DNA of 64,000 bases from an uncultured Acidobacteriaceae bacterium (GCA_964246845.1 CAXTSB010000001.1:9366-73365); one strand, 5' to 3'; shown: positions 28,431 through 38,576, counted from the first letter of the stretch. A program made the numbers and translations. The notes: generated from the sequence alone by a model not told the origin.

Positions 28431-28996
28431 TGGCGGACGCGACACAACCGGCTTCCGCCGACTTCTTCTCCGTTTTCCAGCTTCCGCACAAGCTGGCGCT
28501 CGACGTCAAAGCACTGGAAAAGGCCTTCTACCGCCGCAGCCGCGAGGTCCATCCGGACCGCTTCGCGCAAGCCGGGGCAGACAAACAGCAGTGGAGCCTG
28601 GAGCAGACTTCCCTCCTGAACGACGCTTACCGCACGCTCAAGGACCCGATCAGCCGGACGGAGTACCTGCTTCTGCTCGAAGGCGTGACGCTTGCCGATG
28701 AGAAATCCCCGGCGAAGACCCCGCCCGAGTTGCTTGAAGAGGTCTTCGAGCTGAACATGCAGCTTGAAGAAATGCGTATGGGCGACAACGACCCACAGCT
28801 GCGCGCGGACCTGGAAAGGGCTCGCCTACAGTTTGAGCAGCAGTACGCCACACTGGGCAGTGACATCAAACGCGAGTGGGTCACGTGGGATGACGCTGAA
28901 GACAGGCAAAGCCTGGGGCGCATGGCCGCGCTGCTCGACAAGCGCCGCTACGTACGCAATCTCGTGCGCGATGTGCGCGAAGCGCTCGGCAGCTGA
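28430..28996 (+). CDS. hscB: Fe-S co-chaperone HscB (J-domain)
   Basis: FFSVFQLPHKLALDVKALEKAFYRRSREVHPDRF. ATG at 28430 overlaps the iscA TGA. Confidence 0.85.
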   Translation: MADATQPASADFFSVFQLPHKLALDVKALEKAFYRRSREVHPDRFAQAGADKQQWSLEQTSLLNDAYRTLKDPISRTEYLLLLEGVTLADEKSPAKTPPELLEEVFELNMQLEEMRMGDNDPQLRADLERARLQFEQQYATLGSDIKREWVTWDDAEDRQSLGRMAALLDKRRYVRNLVRDVREALGS

Positions 28997-29011
28997 AACT
29001 GAAAGGAAACA

Positions 29012-29419
29012 ATGCCGCTGGTTAGAATTTCCGTCCTTCAAAGCATGGCTCCTGAACGGCGCGGAAAACTGCCGCGCCTGGTGTATGGAGCCATGCGCTC
29101 CGCGATCGGCATTCCGGACGGCGATCTTTTCGTCGCTCTTACGCCGCATGCCGAGAACGAGCTGGTGTTCGATCCCGGCTTCATGGGCATCCGGCGCACC
29201 TCCGATTTCACGCTGATTCACATTACTTTGCGGGCCGGGCGGCCGCAGGAGTTGAAGCAAACCCTCTACCGCGAGGTCGCACGGGCGCTTGAAGAGCAGG
29301 CCGGGATTGCTCCGGCGGATGTGATGATCGTGCTGGCGGAAAACAGCAGCGCGGATTGGTCGTTCGGCAACGGGGAAGCGCAGTACCTGCTGAACTCTCC
29401 CGCGCAAGGGAAGAGTTGA
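29012..29419 (+). CDS. Tautomerase-family (4-OT-like, Pro1) protein embedded in the isc operon
   Basis: MPLVRISV... with Pro at position 2 and a tandem beta-alpha-beta-like layout. The stop abuts the hscA ATG at 29420. Confidence 0.6.
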   Translation: MPLVRISVLQSMAPERRGKLPRLVYGAMRSAIGIPDGDLFVALTPHAENELVFDPGFMGIRRTSDFTLIHITLRAGRPQELKQTLYREVARALEEQAGIAPADVMIVLAENSSADWSFGNGEAQYLLNSPAQGKS

Positions 29420-31357
29420 ATGAGCAATGAAGCGCAAGACCGTGTTGTCGGCATCGATCTCGGTACGACCAATTCACTGATCGCTTTCATGCAGGACGGG
29501 CAGCCGGTGGTCATTCCCGGCGAGGACGGGCTGAATCTCGTTCCCTCCGTCGTGGCATTTCCTCTGAGCGGCGAAAAGCGGGTGGTGATCGGAAACGGCG
29601 CGCGCCGGTATCTGAGCGAGTCCGCAGACCGCGTGGTGTATTCGGCCAAGCGCCTGATGGGGCGCGGGCTGGAAGATGTCGCGGACGAACTCAAGCTGTT
29701 TCCTTTCCGCGTGGCCGGGAATGTATCGCCGGGCGAGGTGATCCGGCTTCAAGTCGGCGATCACGAGTACACCCCGCCCGAGATCGGCGCGCAGGTGCTG
29801 CGGCAGCTCAAGCGCAATGCGGAGCGGTACTTCGGCGCGTCCGTCTCGAAGGCGGTGATTACCGTCCCTGCATACTTCAACGATGCGCAGCGCCAGGCGA
29901 CCAAGGACGCGGGGCGCATGGCGGGCTTGGATGTGCTGCGATTGGTGAACGAGCCGACCGCGGCCGCGCTGGCCTATGGCCTCGACCGCGCGAAGGAAGG
30001 CCTGGTCGCGGTGTACGACTTCGGCGGCGGAACCTTCGATATCTCGATCCTGCGATTGCAGGACGGGATCTTCGAGGTGGTCGCAACCGGCGGCGACACC
30101 CACCTGGGCGGGGACGACATCGACAACCTGCTGCTCGCGATCGCGCTGGATGATATTGCCGGTTCGACCGGGACGGACGTGCGCGGAAATCCTGAGCTGG
30201 TTCAGGCCGTGCGCAAGGCGGTCACCGACGCGAAGATCGCGCTTTCCTCCGCAGACAGCACACGCATTGTTGTTGAGCTGCCGGAACAGGAACCGTATGC
30301 GCGTGAGCTGACCCGCGAACAGTTTGAAGGGCTGATCCGGCCGATTGTGGACCGCACGCTCGCGCCCGTCCGGCAGGCGCTCCAGGACGCGCAGGTCACC
30401 CCCGAGCAAATCGACGAGGTCGTGATGGTTGGGGGCTCGACCCGCATCCCTCTTGTGCGAAATCTGGTGGGGAAGGTTTTCCAGGTAGACCAGCGCGGCC
30501 GCAAGCTTCATACCGAGCTCAACCCGGACGAGGTGGTGGCGCTCGGCGCGGCGGTGCAGGCCGACATCTTGGCCGGCGGCTCCGCGGCGACCGCGGACAT
30601 GCTGCTGCTCGATGTGACCCCGCTTTCGTTGGGCATTGAAGCGCTGGGCGGCGTGGTCGCGAAGATCATTCAGCGTAACTCGACTATCCCGGCAAGCGAG
30701 ACCGAGCACTTCACCACAGGAGTGGACGGGCAGCTGAACGTGGCGGTGCATGTAGTGCAGGGCGAGCGGGAGCTTGCCAAGGATTGCCGGTCGCTCGCGC
30801 GGTTCGACCTGAAAGAAATTCCGCCGATGGCCGCCGGACTGCCCCGGATCGAGGTCAAGTTCCTGATCGATGCGAATGGGATTCTGCAGGTGTCCGCGCG
30901 CGAGCAGAGGTCCGGCAAGGAAGCGCAGATCGAGGTCAAGCCGACCTACGGGCTGACGGACGAGCAGGTCGAGACGATGATTCTCGATTCCTTCGACAAT
31001 GCCGAGGCGGACTTCGAACAGCGGCAGTTGATCGAGGCGCGGGTGGAGGCGGACGACATTTTGGCGCGGGTGGAGAAGGCAAAAACACACCCGGCCTGGT
31101 CGCAGCTTGGGTTTGAAGAGCAGACCGAGATCGGGTCTGTTTCGGACGAACTGCACGTGCTGAAGCAAGGTGAGGACCGCAAAGCCATCCGGGGCAGCAT
31201 CGAGGCGCTTGACAAAGCCACGCGGCGGTTGGCCGAGTTGATGATGGACCAGACAGTTTCGGCTGCGCTGGGCGGGAAGACCATGGAGTCGGCGGGTGAA
31301 AACCTGGGCGAAGGACCGTCCGCGCCGCATCCATTCGCGAAGGCGGAGATCGAATAG
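29420..31357 (+). CDS. hscA: Fe-S chaperone HscA (Hsp70 family)
   Basis: [26 protein letters not shown] and [10 protein letters not shown]. Confidence 0.95.
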   Translation: MSNEAQDRVVGIDLGTTNSLIAFMQDGQPVVIPGEDGLNLVPSVVAFPLSGEKRVVIGNGARRYLSESADRVVYSAKRLMGRGLEDVADELKLFPFRVAGNVSPGEVIRLQVGDHEYTPPEIGAQVLRQLKRNAERYFGASVSKAVITVPAYFNDAQRQATKDAGRMAGLDVLRLVNEPTAAALAYGLDRAKEGLVAVYDFGGGTFDISILRLQDGIFEVVATGGDTHLGGDDIDNLLLAIALDDIAGSTGTDVRGNPELVQAVRKAVTDAKIALSSADSTRIVVELPEQEPYARELTREQFEGLIRPIVDRTLAPVRQALQDAQVTPEQIDEVVMVGGSTRIPLVRNLVGKVFQVDQRGRKLHTELNPDEVVALGAAVQADILAGGSAATADMLLLDVTPLSLGIEALGGVVAKIIQRNSTIPASETEHFTTGVDGQLNVAVHVVQGERELAKDCRSLARFDLKEIPPMAAGLPRIEVKFLIDANGILQVSAREQRSGKEAQIEVKPTYGLTDEQVETMILDSFDNAEADFEQRQLIEARVEADDILARVEKAKTHPAWSQLGFEEQTEIGSVSDELHVLKQGEDRKAIRGSIEALDKATRRLAELMMDQTVSAALGGKTMESAGENLGEGPSAPHPFAKAEIE

Positions 31358-31366
31358 GATGAGGCT

Positions 31367-31681
31367 ATGAGCGCGAGCGAGAAGCTGTCGATCGTCGGCG
31401 ATGTGCGGAAAGCACTGCAAGATTTTCTTGCACCGGAGCTGGGCGAGCTGAAGGCAAAACTGCAAGCTTTGTCAGATGAAGTACGTCAGGGTTTTGCAGC
31501 ACAAACCGAGAGCCGGCAAGAGATGGAGACACGACTCATCCGAGAGATTAAGAACTCCGAGGAGAAGCTTTTGCTCCGCATCCAGCTTTCCGAGGCAAAT
31601 ACAAAGATGGAGCAGGCAATGCGTACCGCCGACGCTGCGCTGCGCGAGAACGAGCAACTCAAGCGGGAGAAAACACAATGA
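31367..31681 (+). CDS. Small coiled-coil protein (104 aa), paralog of 27680-28033
   Basis: VRKALQDFLAPELGELKAKL N-terminal motif and charged heptad-like sequence. ATGA overlap with the fdx start at 31678. Confidence 0.65.
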   Translation: MSASEKLSIVGDVRKALQDFLAPELGELKAKLQALSDEVRQGFAAQTESRQEMETRLIREIKNSEEKLLLRIQLSEANTKMEQAMRTADAALRENEQLKREKTQ

Positions 31682-32133
31682 GCTTGAGCGAAAGCCATGC
31701 TTTGGACGTGCGGGAGCAGCAGGAGTTTGACCTGTCGAAGCCCCCGTCGGAAAATATAGTGCGCGTCACATTCGCGCCGGAAGGCAAGACGGTTGAGTTT
31801 CCCTTCGGTACCCTGCCGTATGACCATCACGGGCTGCCCATGTCGTTTCTCGACGTGGCGGAGAACTACGGCATCTTCCTCGACCACGCCTGCGGCGGCG
31901 TGTGCGCCTGCACTACGTGCCATATTCACGTGAAGGAAGGCGAGCGGGGGTTAAACGAGCCGACCGAGGAGGAGCAGGACCGGATGGAGAAGGCGCCGGG
32001 GCTCCAGTTGAACTCGCGCTTGGGCTGCCAAGCGGTGATCGAGCGGCCGGGAACCTATGTCGTGGAGATTCCGAGCTGGAACAAGAACTATGTTTCCGAG
32101 GGCAAGCCGTTGACCCTCAGCCAAAGCAAGTAG
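31678..32133 (+). CDS. fdx: ISC-type [2Fe-2S] ferredoxin
   Basis: HACGGVCACTTCH ... LGCQ cluster ligands. Carries an N-terminal extension of about 25 aa. Confidence 0.9.
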   Translation: MSLSESHALDVREQQEFDLSKPPSENIVRVTFAPEGKTVEFPFGTLPYDHHGLPMSFLDVAENYGIFLDHACGGVCACTTCHIHVKEGERGLNEPTEEEQDRMEKAPGLQLNSRLGCQAVIERPGTYVVEIPSWNKNYVSEGKPLTLSQSK

Positions 32134-32143
32134 AGGAGCCTGG

Positions 32144-32362
32144 ATGGCGCAGGAAATTTTGTGGAACGATGCCGAAGAGATCGGGATCCAGCTTCAGGAA
32201 AAGTACCCGGATTTGGACCCGCTCAAGGTCCGGTTCACCGAGCTGCACACTTTTGTGACCAAGCTGGACGGCTTCGCGGATGATCCAGGCAAGTCGACCG
32301 AGTCGAAGCTGGAGGCAATCCAGATGGCGTGGTACGAGGAGTGGCAGGACGCAAATAAATAA
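32144..32362 (+). CDS. iscX: Fe-S assembly protein IscX (YfhJ-like)
   Basis: 72-aa acidic protein with W-x-D-x-EEIG...YPDLDP. Last gene of the isc cluster. Confidence 0.75.
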   Translation: MAQEILWNDAEEIGIQLQEKYPDLDPLKVRFTELHTFVTKLDGFADDPGKSTESKLEAIQMAWYEEWQDANK

Positions 32363-32827
32363 TTACCGTTCCGTCCAGCCGAATGCATCGCGGAAGTGCT
32401 CAAACCCCGGTTTGCGGCTGCGCTCGAGGTACACGGACAGCACATCGAAGCGCGACAGAGTGCCGTCGGGAAACTGACGGAGGTAGTAGCCCGCGAGCCG
32501 GCGCAGGCTCCGGCGCTTTTCGCGGTCGACAGCGGACTCAGGCGCGGCGAAGTCGCGGGCCGTGCGGGTTTTCACTTCCACAAAGCAGAGCGTGTCGCCT
32601 TCCCAGGCGACCAAGTCCAGGTCGCCCGGCGCGCGGCCTGACCGCCAGCCAAAGGCAATCACCGTAAGCCCGCTGCGGCGCAGATGAAAGAATGCGGCCT
32701 CTTCACCGGACCGGCCGACCTCAAGATGCTCCGCTTGGCGTCGCCGCTTCGGGACGGGCAAGCAATCCAGAAGCGCAAGACTCGATTCCCAGGCAGCCGT
32801 ACGCCACACTGCAGGCAGAACGCTCAT
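32363..32827 (-). CDS. yraN: YraN family (UPF0102) endonuclease-like protein
   Basis: GEEAAFFHLRRSGLTVIAFGWR...GDLDLVAWEGDTLCFVEVKTR. Confidence 0.8.
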   Translation of the reverse strand: MSVLPAVWRTAAWESSLALLDCLPVPKRRRQAEHLEVGRSGEEAAFFHLRRSGLTVIAFGWRSGRAPGDLDLVAWEGDTLCFVEVKTRTARDFAAPESAVDREKRRSLRRLAGYYLRQFPDGTLSRFDVLSVYLERSRKPGFEHFRDAFGWTER

Positions 32828-32899
32828 ACCGTCACGCTATGCTCCGGTTTCGGTTCCCGCAACGGTACCGAAGTCATGCGGCACGGCTATGGGGTTTAG

Positions 32900-33313
32900 C
32901 TACGAACCGCTTTCCGCCTTCTGCTCAACATAATGCTGAATGTGCTCGTATACATGGTCGGGGAAGTTCAGGTCTTTGTAGACATTCCCCGAATCAGGAT
33001 CATCAGGATTAGGAATGATCGGGAACTCCTGTTCCTTTTGCCAGGCCAAGATGCGCTCGCGCTTAGGCGGGTTATAGTCCTTGCCCTGCACCTGCCGGAT
33101 CAGCAGGTCGGCTTTCTCTTCGGAAACGTCCTTGTCCTTGGTCATCAACGCTTTCAGCTCGTCTTCCGGCAGGAAATGCCGGGCGACCATGGCAAAGGTC
33201 AGGCGGCCGTAGTGTCCGATGTCCTTGCCCGCTTCCAGCGACTCGATCAGGTGCGCCATCATGCCGTTCTTCTTCAACTCGTCTAAACCGGGGCTGCTCT
33301 TGGTTTTCGCCAT
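32900..33313 (-). CDS. Hypothetical protein (137 aa), lower GC than surroundings
   Basis: Clean ORF that is Lys/Glu/Asp-rich, with no recognised motif. Confidence 0.55.
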   Translation of the reverse strand: MAKTKSSPGLDELKKNGMMAHLIESLEAGKDIGHYGRLTFAMVARHFLPEDELKALMTKDKDVSEEKADLLIRQVQGKDYNPPKRERILAWQKEQEFPIIPNPDDPDSGNVYKDLNFPDHVYEHIQHYVEQKAESGS

Positions 33314-33398
33314 ATGTTCTCCTGTGATGCAGAAAGGGACCGGTGCCGTTGCAAAAGAAAAGCCCGCCGTGGGCGGCGGGCTTTCCAGGGGAGGCAGC

Positions 33399-35852
33399 TT
33401 AGGAGGTCGGCCGCGCCCGGGTTTGAATGAATTGCGCCGGCACTGTTCTGCCGGTTGAGTCGGTCAGCTGCGGGTTGAGCTGCTGCTGGTCTGTCGAGTT
33501 GGCCGCGTTCACGATATGGATCAGGTTGTCGCCGGTCGTGCTGGCGAAAAACAAGGTCGCATCCGGGCTCCAAGCACCGGCGATGGGAGCCTGCGCGCCG
33601 GAAGCAAGCTGCACATTTTGGAGCGTCCCCGTGCCGCCCAAGTTGGAGGAGGGCAGGTAAAGCGGAAGCAGTCCGGACGCGCCGGCCGCAGTGTAGGTGA
33701 TGAAGGCGCGGGATGAGTCCGGCGAGGACAGCACCTGGTCGATCTGCGTCGGGCTGATGCCGGTGAGCGCGAGCTGCCGCAGGGTGGTTTGGATCGCGAG
33801 CGGGCCTGCCGGAGCCGTCACGCCCGGGCAAGCGCCGATGGGGGCGACGAACCGGGTCGTGTCGCCGACCGGGCCGTGCTCCACATCGAAGAGCTGTGTG
33901 GTGTTCGCGCCCAGGATGTGTGTGCCGTCCGAGGTCGCGGCCAAGTGATCGGCGGCCGCGCCCGTCACCGTTGCCGCGTTCGGGTAATACGTGACCGGGG
34001 TTGCGGTCGTGTCGGGGCAGAAGGAGCGGGCTGTCAGGTCCGTGCCGGTCGTAAACACCGCGACCGAAGGCACGGTCAGCGCGAGGTCGGGCGAGCAGAA
34101 CGGGTTGGATTGCGTATTATCGAGCGCGCAGGATACGGTCGCGTTGGGGTTGGCGATGGGGTATTGGCTGAAGCCGGTGACGATATTGTGAACAGTCAAC
34201 GTGGTCGGCCCGACGATGTAGACGTTTTTGCCGTCGGGGGAGAACTGCGCATGTGTGGCGAGGCCGCCGGTGCTGATGACCGACGAGGCCGTGGTGGAGC
34301 TTTGCGTGGTCGCGGTCGCCGCCGTGCGCGTCGCGGGAGTGTACAGGTAGATCACCTGGCGAAGCTGGTCGGCGATGACGACCTGGCTGTTGGACGGCGA
34401 TACGGCGAGCACCACGCCGGGCACGGTTGTGTCCTCGGTGGTGAGGGTGTTGGTTGATGCGGTATAGATCATCAACTCGCGGTAAGAGCCGAAATAAAGA
34501 TTCAACCCAGTGGGGTCCAGCACCATCGAGTTCGGCGGAAAGGGCAGCAGGACGGGGGAGCCCGATGAACCGAGCGCGAGGTCGAACGGCGTGAACTGGC
34601 GCGAGTTGGGCGCGGCGGTCCACAGCTGCGTGTTGTTGACGCCCGGCGCGCGGACCACCAAGGGGTTGCCGGTGATCGGCAGGCCGGTGCCGAAGGTGCC
34701 GAGCTGGTTCAAGGGGGTTGGGTTGCAGCTGTTGCCGGTGGCGGTGGAGGAGGTGCTGGCCGAGGTCGTCGTGGTCGAGGTGGGCGCGCCCGGCTGGCAG
34801 ATGCCGGTCACCGTGGCGGTGCCGCTCAGGTTGGTGGTGACCGTGCCGGACGTACTGACGGACACCTGCTGGGGCAGGGTGGAGTTGTAATCCGGACCGG
34901 AGCCGGAAAGCGGCGTGATGGCGACTCCGTTGGTATCGGTCAACACGGCATTGATGGTTTGCGGATTGCCGGCGGTGACGGTAATGGAACCGTCCGGGTT
35001 GACTGGGACGCCGGTGCTGGAGTTGAGCTGCAGGGCGAGCGAGCGCGGCGGACAGGTATAGAAGTAGCCCGCGGCGGAGCTGGTGGCGGTCGCATTGCCG
35101 CCTTGGCCGGAGATGCTGGCGGTGATCACCGTGCCGCCCGGCTGGTTGGCGGTCGCGGTGCCGTTCGGTTCGCCGTTGCTCGGGGTAGCCGTTGTGGCGT
35201 TGGTGGTGTTGGTGTTGGTGTTGTTGATGGTGACGATGTTGGGCGTGTTCGGCGTGTACGTAATGGTGCCGACGTTCGCGCCGTTGATCAGCGCGCCCGC
35301 TTGGTCAAAGACGCTGGTCTGCTGCACCAGGTTGCCGCCCGGCTGCTGAGTGGAGACACAGGCAGTCGGCTGCGCCACCGTGATGGCCGAGATCGGCGGG
35401 TGGACGTAGATCGACAGCGGGTTACTGGTGATGCCGCCGATGCTCGCGGTCACCGTCGCGGTGGTCGCGGTGCTGGACGGCGTGCAGATAGTGTAGACCG
35501 GGATGCCGCCCGCGCTTTGGCGGTTCCACGTGCCCGCGCACACCTGGCCGGTGGGGCTGATGTCGGCGTGCAGGAGGTCGGAGGAGCCGTAGGTCGCGGC
35601 ACCGCTGGAAAGCGTGGTGCCGCGGCAGTTGGTGACCGTAGCCGTGCCCACCTGCGCGGACTGCCCATAAGCAAGCGAGATGCCGATTGCCGAGGCCGCC
35701 GGGGTAAACCGGACCGAGTAGATGTCGGTCAGCTTTGCGCCGTAGCCCGCGCCGTTGCAGAAGGCGGCGACGTTGGTGGTGCAGCCCGTAACCGAAAGTC
35801 CGACGGGCAGCGCGAACAGGAGCAGTGCGACAAGGGTGAAAAACCGCTGCAT
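33399..35852 (-). CDS. Large Thr/Ser/Asn-rich surface lipoprotein with Ig-like and beta-propeller-like repeats
   Basis: Start at MQRFFTLVALLLFALPVGLSVTGC (lipobox L-S-V-T-G-C). Long low-complexity T/S/N/G tracts. C-terminal repeats such as SPDGKNVYIVG. Confidence 0.75.
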   Translation of the reverse strand: MQRFFTLVALLLFALPVGLSVTGCTTNVAAFCNGAGYGAKLTDIYSVRFTPAASAIGISLAYGQSAQVGTATVTNCRGTTLSSGAATYGSSDLLHADISPTGQVCAGTWNRQSAGGIPVYTICTPSSTATTATVTASIGGITSNPLSIYVHPPISAITVAQPTACVSTQQPGGNLVQQTSVFDQAGALINGANVGTITYTPNTPNIVTINNTNTNTTNATTATPSNGEPNGTATANQPGGTVITASISGQGGNATATSSAAGYFYTCPPRSLALQLNSSTGVPVNPDGSITVTAGNPQTINAVLTDTNGVAITPLSGSGPDYNSTLPQQVSVSTSGTVTTNLSGTATVTGICQPGAPTSTTTTSASTSSTATGNSCNPTPLNQLGTFGTGLPITGNPLVVRAPGVNNTQLWTAAPNSRQFTPFDLALGSSGSPVLLPFPPNSMVLDPTGLNLYFGSYRELMIYTASTNTLTTEDTTVPGVVLAVSPSNSQVVIADQLRQVIYLYTPATRTAATATTQSSTTASSVISTGGLATHAQFSPDGKNVYIVGPTTLTVHNIVTGFSQYPIANPNATVSCALDNTQSNPFCSPDLALTVPSVAVFTTGTDLTARSFCPDTTATPVTYYPNAATVTGAAADHLAATSDGTHILGANTTQLFDVEHGPVGDTTRFVAPIGACPGVTAPAGPLAIQTTLRQLALTGISPTQIDQVLSSPDSSRAFITYTAAGASGLLPLYLPSSNLGGTGTLQNVQLASGAQAPIAGAWSPDATLFFASTTGDNLIHIVNAANSTDQQQLNPQLTDSTGRTVPAQFIQTRARPTS

Positions 35853-35954
35853 GAAACCTCCCCGTCCGCCGGAGATGAGGCGCGGACGGTGAAACACTCG
35901 CCTTCTTTGCTTGAGATCGTGCGCGCGAAGGGTGATGGGTGGATTTTAGCTGAA

Positions 35955-36135
35955 GAGCGAGGGAAGAGGGTACAGGGCGGAGAGGAGAGGGCAGGGCAAA
36001 ACCTGTGACGAAGTTGATAGCTACCCTCATAGGCTTAGTGATTCCGGATGCATAGAGAGCACTCCGTAAGCAGCGAGCGTTCCTACAACAAGAACGGTTC
36101 CGCCGAACCCTCTACCCTGAACCTTCTACCCTTGC
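35955..36135. repeat. G/A-rich and C/T-rich heptamer-type repeats (GAGGGAAGAGGGTACAGGG ... CCCTCTACCCTGAACCTTCTACCC)
   Basis: Opposed purine-rich (35955-36000) and pyrimidine-rich (36108-36133) arms. Same family as 56546-56615 and 59626-59770. Confidence 0.55.
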
Positions 36136-36136
36136 C

Positions 36137-38152
36137 TCACTTCAGGTATTCCCCAAACCAAGCGATCGACCGCTCAATTACGTTCCTCTGGTGCTCGGGG
36201 TCCACGAAGCCGTGGCCTTCGTTTGGGTAGACGACCAGCTCGGTGGGTACGTTGAAGGCCTTCAGGGCATGCCAGAACTCGAAGGATTGTGGGGCGGGGC
36301 ACTCGCCGTCGCGGTCGCCGACCACTACCAGCGTCGGCGTTTTCACTTTGTCGATGGACTGGATGGCCGAGCTCTTCGCGTACACCGCGGGCTCCTTATA
36401 TACGCTCGCGCCGAAAAACGAGGTCATCCATTGGTCGATCGAGTTTTCACCGTAGTAGGAAAGCCAGTCGGAGATGCCCGCGCCGGCGACCGCTGCCTTG
36501 AAGCGCGCGGTTTGCGTAACGCCGAACATGGTCATAAAGCCGCCGTAGCTCCAGCCCGTCAAGCCCAGACGCGCGTCGTCGACGGCCGGGATACGCTTCT
36601 CAACCGCATCGACCCCGGCGAGGATGTCGCGAAGGTCGCCGTAGCCGAAATCCTTGCGATTTGCCTGTGTGAAGCTTTCGCCTTGTCCATACGACCCGCG
36701 CGGGTTGGGCTCGAGAACAAAGTAGCCGGAAGCGGCCAGCGGCGCGGCCCCGAAGCCGGCGCGGGGCCAGCGCGGCGTGACCGCCGATGACGGGCCGCCG
36801 TGGACAAACGCGATCAGCCCATACTTCTTCGCGGGGTCGTAGTTTGCCGGGTACAGCAGCCAGCCCTGCACGTGCAAGCCCTCGTTGGTCCAGTCCACGG
36901 ACTCGACCTTGCCCCAGCTCGGTTTTGCATCGGCATTCAGGTGCGTGACGGCCGTCAAGGGCGCGGTGAGCGGCCCGGCGTACACCTCAGGTGCTTGCGC
37001 GTAGCTGGAGCCGGCCCACGCCGCGACGCTCCCGTCCGCGGACACGCTGAACGACCCGGCGAGCCGGCCGTCGCCGACCGAAACGGGCAACGTTTGCACG
37101 CCATGGTCGGCGGGCCGGTTCGTGACGCCGACTTTTGTATTGCCCGGAGCTTTGAAGTCCTGCGGGAAGGTCAAGCTCAGTTCATCCACCCGCTCTGAGC
37201 CTCCGACAATCTCGGTCGCGAGCAGATGGCCGTTCGGGAGAAAGTGGATCCACTGAACGGTCGTTTGGGCGCTTTCGGTCAGGTTCACGGGCGGGCCGCC
37301 GCCATCTGCGGGAAGGAGGTACAAATCACCCCCGGTCGCACCTTGGTCGCTCATCAGTCCGCCGATCAGCGCGATCTTCGACCCGTCCGGCGACCAGCGC
37401 GGGACGGCGATCTGCAAGCCGTGCAAAGGTCCTTCCATGGTGCCGGGGTCGAGGATGACTTTGGGCGCGCCCGCGGCGGCTTGCGTGTACAGCTTGGCCA
37501 CCCACCAATTGTTCTCGCCCGGCGGCGCGGCGGCGACGTAGGCGAGATCGTGGGAGTCCGGCGACCACGCGAACTCGTATACGTGCAGGTCTTTTGGGGT
37601 CAGGGCGGTGAGCGCGCCCGTCGCACTGTCGATGGAGGCGACGCGCTGCACCTCTAACCCTTCCACCCCGATCACCCCGGACGGCGGCTTCATAGCGGCC
37701 AGTGCGCCTGAGGGCCGGGTCGCGCCTTCGACGTACAGGAGGGCCAGCGAGCGCCCGTTCGGTGCGTACTCCAACGCCTGGGCGTAGCCGTGCAGCATTG
37801 CAAGGACGCGCGGCTTCACGCCGGGCCCGGTCAGGATCACCTCGTTTGCCCCGCCGCACTCAGCCAGGACCGCGAGAGTGCGCGCGTCCGGAGACCAGGC
37901 GAGTGACGCAATATGCGCTTTGCCGTTTTCGCAAACCGCAATGGGCCGGCCCGCGTCCGTCTTGCCGACAGGCGCGATGGTGAGGCCGTCCGGCAGGTCC
38001 ATGGCCACGAGCTTGCCGTCCGGCGAAACCGCGACCGGGCCGATATGCCTGGTGGCGCGCAGCCCGGCGAGCACCTGCGCCGTGGTGGGCTGCTGGGCAT
38101 GAAGGCAGGGGGCAAGCAGCAGGGCGGCGAAGGCGGCGAGGGCGCGCGGCAT
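36137..38152 (-). CDS. S9 family serine peptidase (prolyl oligopeptidase/DPP-like) with N-terminal beta-propeller, secreted
   Basis: Signal-like N-terminus, WSPDG-type propeller repeats, nucleophile motif GWSYGGFMT and C-terminal NEGHGF. Confidence 0.9.
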   Translation of the reverse strand: MPRALAAFAALLLAPCLHAQQPTTAQVLAGLRATRHIGPVAVSPDGKLVAMDLPDGLTIAPVGKTDAGRPIAVCENGKAHIASLAWSPDARTLAVLAECGGANEVILTGPGVKPRVLAMLHGYAQALEYAPNGRSLALLYVEGATRPSGALAAMKPPSGVIGVEGLEVQRVASIDSATGALTALTPKDLHVYEFAWSPDSHDLAYVAAAPPGENNWWVAKLYTQAAAGAPKVILDPGTMEGPLHGLQIAVPRWSPDGSKIALIGGLMSDQGATGGDLYLLPADGGGPPVNLTESAQTTVQWIHFLPNGHLLATEIVGGSERVDELSLTFPQDFKAPGNTKVGVTNRPADHGVQTLPVSVGDGRLAGSFSVSADGSVAAWAGSSYAQAPEVYAGPLTAPLTAVTHLNADAKPSWGKVESVDWTNEGLHVQGWLLYPANYDPAKKYGLIAFVHGGPSSAVTPRWPRAGFGAAPLAASGYFVLEPNPRGSYGQGESFTQANRKDFGYGDLRDILAGVDAVEKRIPAVDDARLGLTGWSYGGFMTMFGVTQTARFKAAVAGAGISDWLSYYGENSIDQWMTSFFGASVYKEPAVYAKSSAIQSIDKVKTPTLVVVGDRDGECPAPQSFEFWHALKAFNVPTELVVYPNEGHGFVDPEHQRNVIERSIAWFGEYLK

Positions 38153-38576
38153 AAGATGGAGGATAGCAGCGGGCTTTGCCGCGGCGAAAAACCGCGCCGA
38201 AGCTTGCCTTGCGCGGTTTGACGCGGCCCCTGCTCCTTGCTACTCTAAGAAGGTTCTGGACAGGAGCGGTGCGGCTCGCGCCCTGTTTCGGATCAGGGCT
38301 TGCAGGACAAAGCCCGCCGGCCGCGCAGCAGCAGCGGCAAACTATTTTGGATCTGCGACACCCTTCACCTTTGTCGGGCTATGCGGTTCCGGGATTCGCG
38401 AAACGGAGCGGGCCTTGCCTCCACGGAAGCGCCGGCCACCGTCGGAGTCTTTACCCAAGGATTCTGTTCCGCCCCGCTGCAACGCGGGTGAGATCAACCC
38501 CGGGAGCGATTCCGGTTGCGCGCGAAGCCGCTGTGGGCGGCTTGGGGCGCGTATGTTCGGCGAAGGAGCAAGTGGA

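Noticed and set aside
29474-31465. 663-aa ORF on the minus strand
   Set aside because: It lies antisense to hscA (unambiguous Hsp70 motifs) and has shadow-ORF composition. The same reasoning applies to 25647-27095 (antisense to iscS), 40345-41415 (fusA), 41596-42540 (tuf) and 58407-59699 (rpoA).
38415-38576. N-terminal extension of the rpsL ORF (and likewise 45922-46002 for rpsS, 46265-46303 for rplV, 49652-49717 for rplE)
   Set aside because: The conserved ribosomal-protein N-termini begin at internal starts with an RBS. The extensions are non-conserved, Arg/Pro/Gly-rich translations of spacer DNA.
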